Positions 18,241 through 25,875 of a DNA stretch of 39,379 nt are shown piece after piece. Positions within the stretch are counted from its first letter, which is position 1. The number at the start of each line of letters is the position of its first letter. Origin of the DNA: an uncultured Oscillospiraceae bacterium (GTDB lineage: Bacteria > Bacillota > Clostridia > Christensenellales > CAG-138); assembly GCA_964411535.1 (NCBI GenBank), contig CAYPLG010000003.1, forward strand, positions 1 through 39,379, read 5' to 3'. The notes under the pieces are model-generated. The model made no database searches. It was not told the origin of the DNA and saw only the letters and a program-made list of their open reading frames with translations. The position numbers were made by a program, and so were the translations under genes.

Positions 18241-19128
18241 CTAAACCTTGTCGATGGCCTTTTCGCCGAAAAGACCCGTCGGCTTGACCACCAGTATGAT
18301 AATCAACAGGGCAAAGGTAAATGCGTCGGAAAACGTCGTCCAGCCCAGCCCTTTAATGATGTTCTCGCATATGCCGATGATAAAAGCGCCGATCATCGCG
18401 CCCGGTATGCTGCCGATCCCACCGAATACCGCCGCAACAAACGCCTTAAGACCCGGCATAGCCCCGGAAATCGGCGTAACGGATGCGTAATTCGTAAAAT
18501 ACAGAAGGCTTCCGACGGCAGCAAGCAGCGAACCGATCACAAACGTTACGGAAATAACGGTATTGATCTTAATCCCCATAAGACGGCTCGTTTCAAAATC
18601 CTTGGAAACAGCCCGCATCGCCATGCCGATCTTCGTATGCTTGATAAGCAGCGTAAGCAAAACGACGAGCACTATGGTCAAAACCGGCGTAACCAGCGTG
18701 ACCATTTTCGTCGTCGCATCCCATATGGTAACCGTTCTGCTCAAAAACGGAATTTGCGGATAAATCTTTGCAAGGCCCCCCGTAAAATACAGCGCCGCGT
18801 TCTGCAACAGATAGGACACGCCGATAGCGCTGATCATGACCGACATGCGGGGCGCTTCCCTGAGCGGCTTATACGCCGCACGCTCAATTATAAAACCAAG
18901 CACGCACGTCAGCAAAATCACCAGCGGAATCGAGATTGCCATCGGAAGCGATGCGGAAAGATAGACCATGATCAGGCCGGCGCACATAAACACATCGCCA
19001 TGCGCAAAGTTGATCAGGCGCAGAATGCCGTAGACCATCGTATAGCCTATCGCAATCAGCGCATACTGTCCGCCCACGGATATGCCCGCAAGAATGTAGG
19101 ACAGATTTGCGTGTAAGAATTCGATCAT
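18241..19128 (-). CDS. livH: branched-chain amino acid ABC transporter permease LivH
   Basis: ATG 19128 (MIEFLHANLSYIL...) is preceded by GGAGGAACA. GGQYALIAIGYTMVYGILRLINFAHG is the family signature. The track's extension to 19458 overlaps livJ and is Arg-rich nonsense. Confidence 0.9.
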   Translation of the reverse strand: MIEFLHANLSYILAGISVGGQYALIAIGYTMVYGILRLINFAHGDVFMCAGLIMVYLSASLPMAISIPLVILLTCVLGFIIERAAYKPLREAPRMSVMISAIGVSYLLQNAALYFTGGLAKIYPQIPFLSRTVTIWDATTKMVTLVTPVLTIVLVVLLTLLIKHTKIGMAMRAVSKDFETSRLMGIKINTVISVTFVIGSLLAAVGSLLYFTNYASVTPISGAMPGLKAFVAAVFGGIGSIPGAMIGAFIIGICENIIKGLGWTTFSDAFTFALLIIILVVKPTGLFGEKAIDKV

Positions 19129-19159
19129 GTTGTTCCTCCGTGGAAACTTCATATGCAAC

Positions 19160-19186
19160 GGGCGGATGGCAGTAACCCATCCGCCC
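19160..19186 (-). promoter_or_regulatory. intercistronic stem-loop between the binding-protein and permease genes
   Basis: GGGCGGATGG-7 nt-CCATCCGCCC, a 10-bp GC-rich stem. No T-tract follows on the minus strand. Confidence 0.6.
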
Positions 19187-19243
19187 GCAAAAGACCGTAT
19201 TGCGCCGCGCAGAGCAGGCAACCCCGCGCAGGCAGCCCGTTTC

Positions 19244-20413
19244 TTAGTTGATGGTAACGGAGGGCAGCGCGTCCCACGTACCGGTTTCGGTGTTCGCATG
19301 CTTGACGAACGCGGTATTGCGGATCGCATCGCCCATCTCGTTAAGCGCGATCGGGCCGGAAACACCGTTGTAAGTCGTGCCGCCGAGCACCTCCAGCACC
19401 TTCGCCGCATCGGCCGTGCCAGCCTTCTTGATGGCTTCGAGCGCAAAGAAGTACGCATCGTAACCCATGGCGCTCACAGCCGCGACGGTATCGTCGCCGC
19501 CGTTCTCGGAAAGCAGCTGGTTATCCGCCGCAACCCATGCTTTGAAACCGCTGTCGAAGTCCGCATCCGCACCCTCCGGATAGAAGGTCGTAACGGTAAC
19601 GTTGATATCCTTGCCAAGCGCCGCCTGGAGGATCACGTTGCTGTCCCATGTATCACCGGCAAGCAGCGGCGCCTTATAGCCCTGCGCGTTGCACTGGTCG
19701 ATAATCAGCTGCGCAGCTTCCGTGGATACGGGGCTGAAGAACACCTCGCAGCCGCCGTTCTTTGCGTTGGCAACATAGGACGTGAAGTCGGAGTTGCCAT
19801 CCGGGAAGGTCTCCTCAACGCATTCGCCGCCAAGCGCCGTAAACGCCTCGACAAAGAACTTCACCAGGTTGCCGGAATAATCGTCGCCAAGCTTCGACAG
19901 GCAGTACGCCTTCTTAACGCCCAAGTCGTTAAACGCATAGTTGGCGAGTACCGTGCCCTGGAACGGATCCAGGAAGCAGATGCGGAAGTAGTAATTGTTG
20001 CCCTCGGTAACCTGCGGGTTCGTGCAGGTCACGCCAATTACGGGAATATTGGCCGCCTCAAAGGTCGGGCCGCCCGCGATCGACACGCCGGAACCATAGG
20101 AGCCAAGCGCAACGGATACGCCCGCGTTAACAAGCGTGGACGCCGCGGAAGCCGCCTTATCGTTGCTGGACTCGTTGTCTACGATAACAAGCTCTACGTT
20201 GTAGGTCTTGCCGCCGACCTCGACAGTGGGCTGTACGGAGTTCGCGTACTTGATGCCAAGCGTTTCCTGCTTGCCGCCCGCGCCGTTGTCGCCAGACGCC
20301 GGTTCGAAGACGCCAATCTTAATCGTGTCGCCGTTATCGGATTTCGCTCCGCAGCCGACGCACAGCGCCATCACCATGACCGCAACCAACACAATTGCAA
20401 TCGCCTTTTTCAT
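19244..20413 (-). CDS. livJ: Leu/Ile/Val-type ABC substrate-binding lipoprotein
   Basis: ATG 20413 lies after GGGAGGAAAAA. Lipobox LCVGC-G. Periplasmic-binding type-I fold features. First gene of the liv operon. Confidence 0.8.
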   Translation of the reverse strand: MKKAIAIVLVAVMVMALCVGCGAKSDNGDTIKIGVFEPASGDNGAGGKQETLGIKYANSVQPTVEVGGKTYNVELVIVDNESSNDKAASAASTLVNAGVSVALGSYGSGVSIAGGPTFEAANIPVIGVTCTNPQVTEGNNYYFRICFLDPFQGTVLANYAFNDLGVKKAYCLSKLGDDYSGNLVKFFVEAFTALGGECVEETFPDGNSDFTSYVANAKNGGCEVFFSPVSTEAAQLIIDQCNAQGYKAPLLAGDTWDSNVILQAALGKDINVTVTTFYPEGADADFDSGFKAWVAADNQLLSENGGDDTVAAVSAMGYDAYFFALEAIKKAGTADAAKVLEVLGGTTYNGVSGPIALNEMGDAIRNTAFVKHANTETGTWDALPSVTIN

Positions 20414-20499
20414 GTGATTTTTCCTCCCAATTAACAATGTTTGCTATCCCATAGCATTCATAATAATATAACATATACTTTTCACATGGACAATATAAA

Positions 20500-20528
20500 A
20501 ATATATTCTATAGCAATATTTTTTTCAA
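20500..20528 (-). promoter_or_regulatory. candidate liv operon promoter
   Basis: Minus strand reads TTGAAA, 17-nt spacer, TATATT, in an AT-rich 138-nt intergenic region. Confidence 0.4.
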
Positions 20529-20551
20529 CTTTTTCCATGCAGTAGCGTTCG

Positions 20552-21019
20552 TCAGCGCAGCGGAATGCCATGCTCCGTGCAATATTTTTCCAAAATCTCC
20601 GCCGCATCCCCGACAAGCTTGACGCATGGACGCGTACGGTAGTATTCCGGCGTGCGCGGATACGGATCGCGGTTCACACGCGCAGCCTCTCCCGTAAGCA
20701 GCTCGCGGCAAATGATCGAATCGTTCTGCGTCTTGAACGCGTCGGCAAACGCGCGCACGCGCCGGTATTCCTCGATCTTTCCGTCACGGTCCGCCGGATC
20801 TTCATACCCGGTCAGCATGCTCTGTACCGCAACCATCGCGCTCACAGCGCCGCATACCTCGCGCAATCCGCCCATGCCGCCGCCAAAGCCGGACATCAGC
20901 TTTGCCGCCGCTTTCTCGGTAAGCCCGACTTCCTCCGCAAAGGCCAGCATAACCGATTGTGCACAGTTATAGCCGGCAAGCATGTGCGCCTCCGCAATCC
21001 TGCGTTTTTTGCTTTCCAT
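20552..21019 (-). CDS. C_GCAxxG_C_C family (putative redox-active) protein
   Basis: GYNCAQSVMLAF, GGGMGGLREVCGAVSA, and C-terminal CRELL...C pattern. ATG 21019 has 6-nt spacing from AAGAGGG. Confidence 0.8.
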   Translation of the reverse strand: MESKKRRIAEAHMLAGYNCAQSVMLAFAEEVGLTEKAAAKLMSGFGGGMGGLREVCGAVSAMVAVQSMLTGYEDPADRDGKIEEYRRVRAFADAFKTQNDSIICRELLTGEAARVNRDPYPRTPEYYRTRPCVKLVGDAAEILEKYCTEHGIPLR

Positions 21020-21030
21020 ATTCATCCCTC

Positions 21031-21489
21031 TTACTCTACAATTATATAAGTAGCCGTACTCGTCGCATGAATCTGCTCCTCGCCCTCGTACGGCAAAAAC
21101 GCTTCCCCATAAATAAACAGCAGCCGGTTCCCAGCGTGCGTAGCACGCATGCGCACATGCAACTGTGCATCCATCTGGATCGGGCGCAGATAGGAAACGG
21201 ACAGGTTGCATGTCGGCGCAATTCTGTTCGTAGGCGTGTAGCAGCGCACAAGCAATCCGCCCATGCCGTCAAGCACCGTGGCAATCACACCGCCGTGCAT
21301 AACATTGTTGCCGTTTCGCATCCAGCTTTGCACCTGTATAACCGATTCAAATGTACGGGCCGCAAAGTCGCAGCGCACAAATCGCGGATGCAGCATACCG
21401 TATACCGCGTCCTGCAAATTTGCATACATCTCCATCATCTCGCTCTGAATATGCGCTTCCATCTGTCGCTGGTTTTTCGGCGTCGCCAT
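21031..21489 (-). CDS. PaaI-family hotdog thioesterase
   Basis: VMHGGVIATVLDGMGG motif. ATG 21489 follows GGAGGAGCAGAAGGA. The track's longer start overlaps the upstream gene. Confidence 0.75.
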   Translation of the reverse strand: MATPKNQRQMEAHIQSEMMEMYANLQDAVYGMLHPRFVRCDFAARTFESVIQVQSWMRNGNNVMHGGVIATVLDGMGGLLVRCYTPTNRIAPTCNLSVSYLRPIQMDAQLHVRMRATHAGNRLLFIYGEAFLPYEGEEQIHATSTATYIIVE

Positions 21490-21512
21490 TCCTTCTGCTC
21501 CTCCGCTATCCG

Positions 21513-22070
21513 TTACTTCACGCGGCCGGGAACACTCTGCGCGCCCTGTATGAGCTTGCTGACCTCGATAATGCTCCATATGGTCAGGCAGCCTTCCACA
21601 ACCAACGCAACGCCGCCAATAATCGTCGCCGTAATCACCGCCTTAAACGGGTTGAACAGCAGCAGAATGCCAAGCGCCAGCATCGTCGCCGCGCAGATAA
21701 GCACCGGCGCCCAATGCCCCCCTCCAATTCTTCGGATATCGAGCGCTGTTTGCATGCGCAGTATGCTGTCCACGATCAGCGTAACGCCGATCACTACGCC
21801 GAACACCGCCACGACGGCGTCCGCTTTAAACAGAAGCAGCAATCCCGCAAGAATGCACGCGATACCGACGGCGACGCCAAATTGCATCTGCAACGGCAGT
21901 TCAACAATGAAATACGCCATAATCCGGTATACGCCGAACAACACCAGCAACGCGCCAAGCGTGTAGCATATGGCGTTCCGTGCGGTTTCCGGCCAGATGA
22001 TAAGCACCGCACCAAGAATAACATAGAGTATTGCCAGAATGATCATCGTCGTTTTAAAGTTTTTTTGCAT
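21513..22070 (-). CDS. DUF308/HdeD-family membrane protein
   Basis: Six hydrophobic helices and N-terminal ILGAVLIIWPE typical of DUF308. ATG 22070 follows GGAGGAGG. Confidence 0.75.
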   Translation of the reverse strand: MQKNFKTTMIILAILYVILGAVLIIWPETARNAICYTLGALLVLFGVYRIMAYFIVELPLQMQFGVAVGIACILAGLLLLFKADAVVAVFGVVIGVTLIVDSILRMQTALDIRRIGGGHWAPVLICAATMLALGILLLFNPFKAVITATIIGGVALVVEGCLTIWSIIEVSKLIQGAQSVPGRVK

Positions 22071-22111
22071 GGGTTGCCTCCTCCTTATGTTCGTATCGTA
22101 TAGCAACAAGA

Positions 22112-23065
22112 TTATGCATCGTCGCCGCTATTTTCAAAATTGATTCGTTCCTCCACAATTACAAGCGGCCGGTGCATTACGCGCGTGTTGATGCTCATAA
22201 TGTATTCGCCAAGAAAGCCGATGAAAAACAGGATTACGGAGCTGAACACAAACAGCCCGATCACCATCGGCGCCATGCCGACCGTAAATTCGTACCACTT
22301 GCACAGCTTGAGAATCAAATAGACGACCGCTACCACAATGCTTACCGCCGCAAGCGCGAATCCGGTAATCGTTGCAATGCGCAGCCCTACCTTGGTATAG
22401 CTTGTCACGGAAAGCATCGCCGCGTCATAAAGCGTGTAAAAGTTATTGTGCGTTTTGCCCGCGCGCCGCTTCTGCTGCTCGTACGGCACGTCGCAGCGCT
22501 TATAGCCCAGCTCCGCAACAATGCCGCGTAAAAACGGCGTGGGGTCGTCCAGCGTCTTGAGAATATCGATGAACTCGCGATCATACAGACCGAACCCTGT
22601 AAAATGCTCTATTTGCTCAACGCTCGACATCCTTTTGATAATTTTGTAATACAGAGTCCGCAGCGCACGAAAGAACGGATTCTCCCGGCTGGTGGTCTTG
22701 ATGCCGGAAACGATTTTATATCCCTCCTCCCACCGTGCAACAAACGTAGGAATCAGCTCCACGGGGTCCTGGAAGTCGCAGCACAACGTTACGGTACAGT
22801 CGCCCGTCGTTTGGCACATACCAAAGTACGGCGAATTAAACTGCCCAAAGTTTTTGGCGTTCAATATCGCCTTGATCTTCGGGTTCTTTGCGCAGATAAG
22901 CCGGAGCAAATCGCGCGTGCCGTCATCGGAGCAGTTGTCAATAAAGACAAGCTCGTAATCATAATGCGCAAGCTGCTGTGTCATCACAGAAACAATCGCT
23001 TCGCTCATGGGCACAACGTTCTCCGCCTCATTATAGCACGGAATCAATATGCTGATTTTCTTCAA
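22112..23065 (-). CDS. GT2 polyprenyl-phosphate glycosyltransferase (GtrB/CsbB-like)
   Basis: ILIPCYNE, FIDNCSDDGT and a DxD-type region, plus two C-terminal TM helices. TTG start 10 nt after AAGGAGG, with a TTGA overlap on the upstream stop. Confidence 0.85.
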   Translation of the reverse strand: MKKISILIPCYNEAENVVPMSEAIVSVMTQQLAHYDYELVFIDNCSDDGTRDLLRLICAKNPKIKAILNAKNFGQFNSPYFGMCQTTGDCTVTLCCDFQDPVELIPTFVARWEEGYKIVSGIKTTSRENPFFRALRTLYYKIIKRMSSVEQIEHFTGFGLYDREFIDILKTLDDPTPFLRGIVAELGYKRCDVPYEQQKRRAGKTHNNFYTLYDAAMLSVTSYTKVGLRIATITGFALAAVSIVVAVVYLILKLCKWYEFTVGMAPMVIGLFVFSSVILFFIGFLGEYIMSINTRVMHRPLVIVEERINFENSGDDA

Positions 23066-24864
23066 AGGCCTTCGACCTCCTTATTCCTTCTGTATTCCTC
23101 CGGCGGGAGGAACGGATACATGTCGTCTATGGGCGGGGATACAATTTTCCCATCCGGCAAAACCTTGCTGGACAGCTTCGGCGCAAAGAATTGCCGTTCG
23201 TCCAGCATCACTTCGCAAATAACCGGTCCGTCAGCCGAAAGAACCGTTCGCACCCCTTCCGCCGCGCGGTCGATATCGTCGATGCGCACATAGGGAATAC
23301 CGTATGCATACGCAATCTTTTCCATATCGGGAAAGCTTAAGCCGTTCCCGTCGCACACGCCGACAAGCGGCGGTTTGAAAAGGTTCGTTTGCGTTTGCCT
23401 TATCGAATGATACCCGTTGTTATTTAGATAGAACAGCTTCAGGTTCAAACGGTTGTACACGACGGTTTGCAACTCCTGCAAATTCATCTGAAAGCTTCCG
23501 TCGCCGTCAAGGCAGATGACGCGCTTCCCCTTCGTCGCCACGCATGCGCCGATCGCGGCCGGAAAACCGTAGCCCATCGCCGCGCAGCCGGAGTTTGTAA
23601 AGAGCCGCTGCCCGCGCCGCAGCCTCGCAGCCTGAAAGGACACCACGCATGCGCTGCCGTTGCCCGTTATGATGATCTCGTTCTCCTGCAATTCGTCAAA
23701 TAGCGTCTTCATAAACGCGTATGGGTTCATCGGCGATTTCGTTTCGTAATACTCCGGCAGTACGGCGGGGTATCGAAGGTTGATATCCCGGCACCAGGCA
23801 AGCCAGTTCGCATGCGCAGGGTTCCTCTCGTACCCGGAATCCGCGATTGCGCGCATTACGTCCGAAACGCATGCCCACACGGGCAGGTCGGGATGAATGG
23901 TCGGTTTGCATAGCTCGTTACGGTCAATATCTACAATGATCTTATATGCATTCTTTGCAAAGTCGCGATAGTTATAGCTAATCTGCCGGATATTCAAGCG
24001 GCAGCCGAGCACCAGCAGACAATCGCTGTTCTCCACGATAAAGTTGCCGCCGCGCGTGCCGATTGTGCCGGGCCTGCCGCAGTACAGCGGATGATCGTCG
24101 TACAAATCGTCATGCGCGTTCCATGCCGTAACCACCGGGATTCCGAGCTTGTCGATACAGTTTAAGAATGCGTCATGCCCGCCGGAAAGACGCACACCGC
24201 TACCCGCAAAAACCACCGGCCGTTTGGCCATACGAATCCGGTCGAGGATAACCGGCGTCAGCGACGCGTCGTATACGGGTTCCTCGTTCGCCGCGTCTTC
24301 GGCGGGATCGTAGCCTTCCAGCGTGTCGGGCGTAATGCGCGCGGCCTGCACGTCCAGCGGGATATCCAGCCAAACGGGACCGCCGCGGCCATGCAAAGCA
24401 AGGTACAGCGCCTTTTCCAGATGGTAGCGGATTTCTGTCGGTTCCGTCACCATAACGGCATACTTCGTCATAGGACGTACAGACGCAACAATGTTATACT
24501 CCTGATCGCCCAGCTGCCGAAGCGGCACGTCGCTCGCCCAGGTCGTCGTCTCCCGCTTGACCTGTCCGGATATGACAAACATCGGTATGGAGTCGAGCCA
24601 GCCGCCAAGAACGCCGGTAATCGCGTTCGTGCCGCCGGGGCCGGAGGTTACGCACACCGCCGCAAGCCTGTTGGTCAGGCGCGTATAGGCCTCCGCCGCG
24701 ATCGCGCACGCCTGCTCATGGTGGTGAAACGTACATTTGAGGCCCGCCTTATGGCCGAAAGCGTCGTCAAGATGCATCGCGCCGCCGCCGGTAAGCATAA
24801 ACATATCGGTAACGCCGTGACTCACCAAAAAATCTGCAATATAGTCCGCCAATCGTATCTGCAT
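23062..24864 (-). CDS. thiamine-diphosphate enzyme, acetolactate-synthase-like three-domain type
   Basis: N-terminal HGVTDMFMLTGGGAMHL...HEQA, and C-terminal ThDP motif GDGSFQMNLQELQT...NNNGY. Start set at ATG 24864 (MQIRLADY...), 6 nt after AGGAG. The track's ATG 24882 is an alternative. Confidence 0.85.
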   Translation of the reverse strand: MQIRLADYIADFLVSHGVTDMFMLTGGGAMHLDDAFGHKAGLKCTFHHHEQACAIAAEAYTRLTNRLAAVCVTSGPGGTNAITGVLGGWLDSIPMFVISGQVKRETTTWASDVPLRQLGDQEYNIVASVRPMTKYAVMVTEPTEIRYHLEKALYLALHGRGGPVWLDIPLDVQAARITPDTLEGYDPAEDAANEEPVYDASLTPVILDRIRMAKRPVVFAGSGVRLSGGHDAFLNCIDKLGIPVVTAWNAHDDLYDDHPLYCGRPGTIGTRGGNFIVENSDCLLVLGCRLNIRQISYNYRDFAKNAYKIIVDIDRNELCKPTIHPDLPVWACVSDVMRAIADSGYERNPAHANWLAWCRDINLRYPAVLPEYYETKSPMNPYAFMKTLFDELQENEIIITGNGSACVVSFQAARLRRGQRLFTNSGCAAMGYGFPAAIGACVATKGKRVICLDGDGSFQMNLQELQTVVYNRLNLKLFYLNNNGYHSIRQTQTNLFKPPLVGVCDGNGLSFPDMEKIAYAYGIPYVRIDDIDRAAEGVRTVLSADGPVICEVMLDERQFFAPKLSSKVLPDGKIVSPPIDDMYPFLPPEEYRRNKEVEGL

Positions 24865-24991
24865 CTGGTTCTCCTGTAGCATGTATTGCGAAATCCCTAT
24901 TCGCCCAGCGGCCTTGCGCCAAGTCGCGAAAGGTATGCGTATGCGTCGGCAAGTTCTCCGCGTGTAACATCGTGCACAAGCGTAAGCCTGG

Positions 24992-25204
24992 CGCCGTTAC
25001 AAACGCAACCGGAAGCGCATCCTTCGTTTCCGTTCAAGTACTTTCGTACATATCCGTTCAAATAATCCGCCTTGTCCTTTGCAAAGCCATACTCTCCATA
25101 TCGGTCTTATAATAGTTCATGTCGCTCGCCCGGTGCCCGCCAAAACCGGCGAGGGCAACGCTATGCACGCCCGCGCCGCGAATCGCCTTTAACAGCATGA
25201 CAAG
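24992..25204 (-). pseudogene. decayed duplicate of the 3' end of the aldolase/DUF115 gene
   Basis: Aligns by eye to 25897-26106 with about 11 substitutions plus +1 and +2 nt indels. Has no start codon and overlaps the last codons of the HAD gene. Confidence 0.8.
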
Positions 25205-25869
25205 TATTCTAATACTTCCGCCGCGTTCGCGCAAGGATATCCGCCCAGTGCGAGTACCTCTTCGCTGCGTGCAAATCCATAGCCATAAGTAACGCCAATA
25301 AAGGCAATCCCTGCGGCAGCAGCTCCCTCCGCGTCACTCGCGGTATCGCCAACCATGACCGCACGTTCCGCAGGAACAGCTGCCTCCGCAAGACATAGGC
25401 GTATAATATCGCGTTTTTGCATCTTACCTGCAAAATCCGACCCATGCCAAATCTTTACATAGCGATCAAGCCCAAAGTGAGAAAGCAACGTTCCCACATA
25501 GTCCTCGCGCTTATAGGTTGCCACAGCGATACACACACCGCAAGCACAGAGCGCAGCAAGCATTTCGTAAACACCTGGATATAGCGTTGCGTGAAATAGA
25601 TCTACTTGTTTGTAGCGCGCGCGAAACATTGCAGCCATGTCTGCTGCCGTCATCTCATCCACGTTGTAATAATGACGAAAGGAATTCTGAATCGGTGGGC
25701 CAATAAAAGTCCGAAATGCGGCGTCCGTGACAGGTGGCAGGCCAAAAGCGTTCGTCGTATACTGTACTGCGCTGTACATTCCTTGTGCGGGATCAAGCAA
25801 CGTGCCGTCGATATCAAATATCGCTAGACGGCTGTCCGTGTTGAGTATGCTGTGCGCTTTCTCTTCCAT
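25189..25869 (-). CDS. HAD-superfamily hydrolase (phosphoglycolate-phosphatase-like)
   Basis: Motif I FDIDGTLLD, motif III/IV VGDTASDAEGA. 6-nt gap after the upstream gene. Confidence 0.85.
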   Translation of the reverse strand: MEEKAHSILNTDSRLAIFDIDGTLLDPAQGMYSAVQYTTNAFGLPPVTDAAFRTFIGPPIQNSFRHYYNVDEMTAADMAAMFRARYKQVDLFHATLYPGVYEMLAALCACGVCIAVATYKREDYVGTLLSHFGLDRYVKIWHGSDFAGKMQKRDIIRLCLAEAAVPAERAVMVGDTASDAEGAAAAGIAFIGVTYGYGFARSEEVLALGGYPCANAAEVLEYLSCC

Positions 25870-25875
25870 AACAGC

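Noticed and set aside
19129-19458. N-terminal extension of livH. Similar extensions occur at 20552-21211, 21031-21579, 21513-22109, 32739-33134 and 10186-10326.
   Set aside because: Each extension overlaps the neighbouring gene or a promoter and is compositionally aberrant. Each has a downstream ATG with a strong RBS that begins the conserved domain.
19127-20434. 435-aa plus-strand ORF opposite the liv substrate-binding-protein gene
   Set aside because: Antisense shadow with Arg/Ala/Val-rich composition and no recognisable motifs. The minus-strand gene has a lipobox, an RBS and operon context.
20414-20551. T-box or riboswitch leader upstream of the liv operon; likewise a SAM riboswitch upstream of 10284
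   Set aside because: The leaders are only about 90-140 nt including the promoter. I saw no specifier or antiterminator-type helices or conserved riboswitch cores.
24883-25188. A possible small gene in the 306-nt gap between the HAD and ThDP genes (track ORF 24767-24979, minus strand)
   Set aside because: That ORF overlaps the ThDP gene start and is compositionally odd. The gap is better explained as the decayed duplicate of the aldolase 3' end plus the ThDP gene's RBS region.
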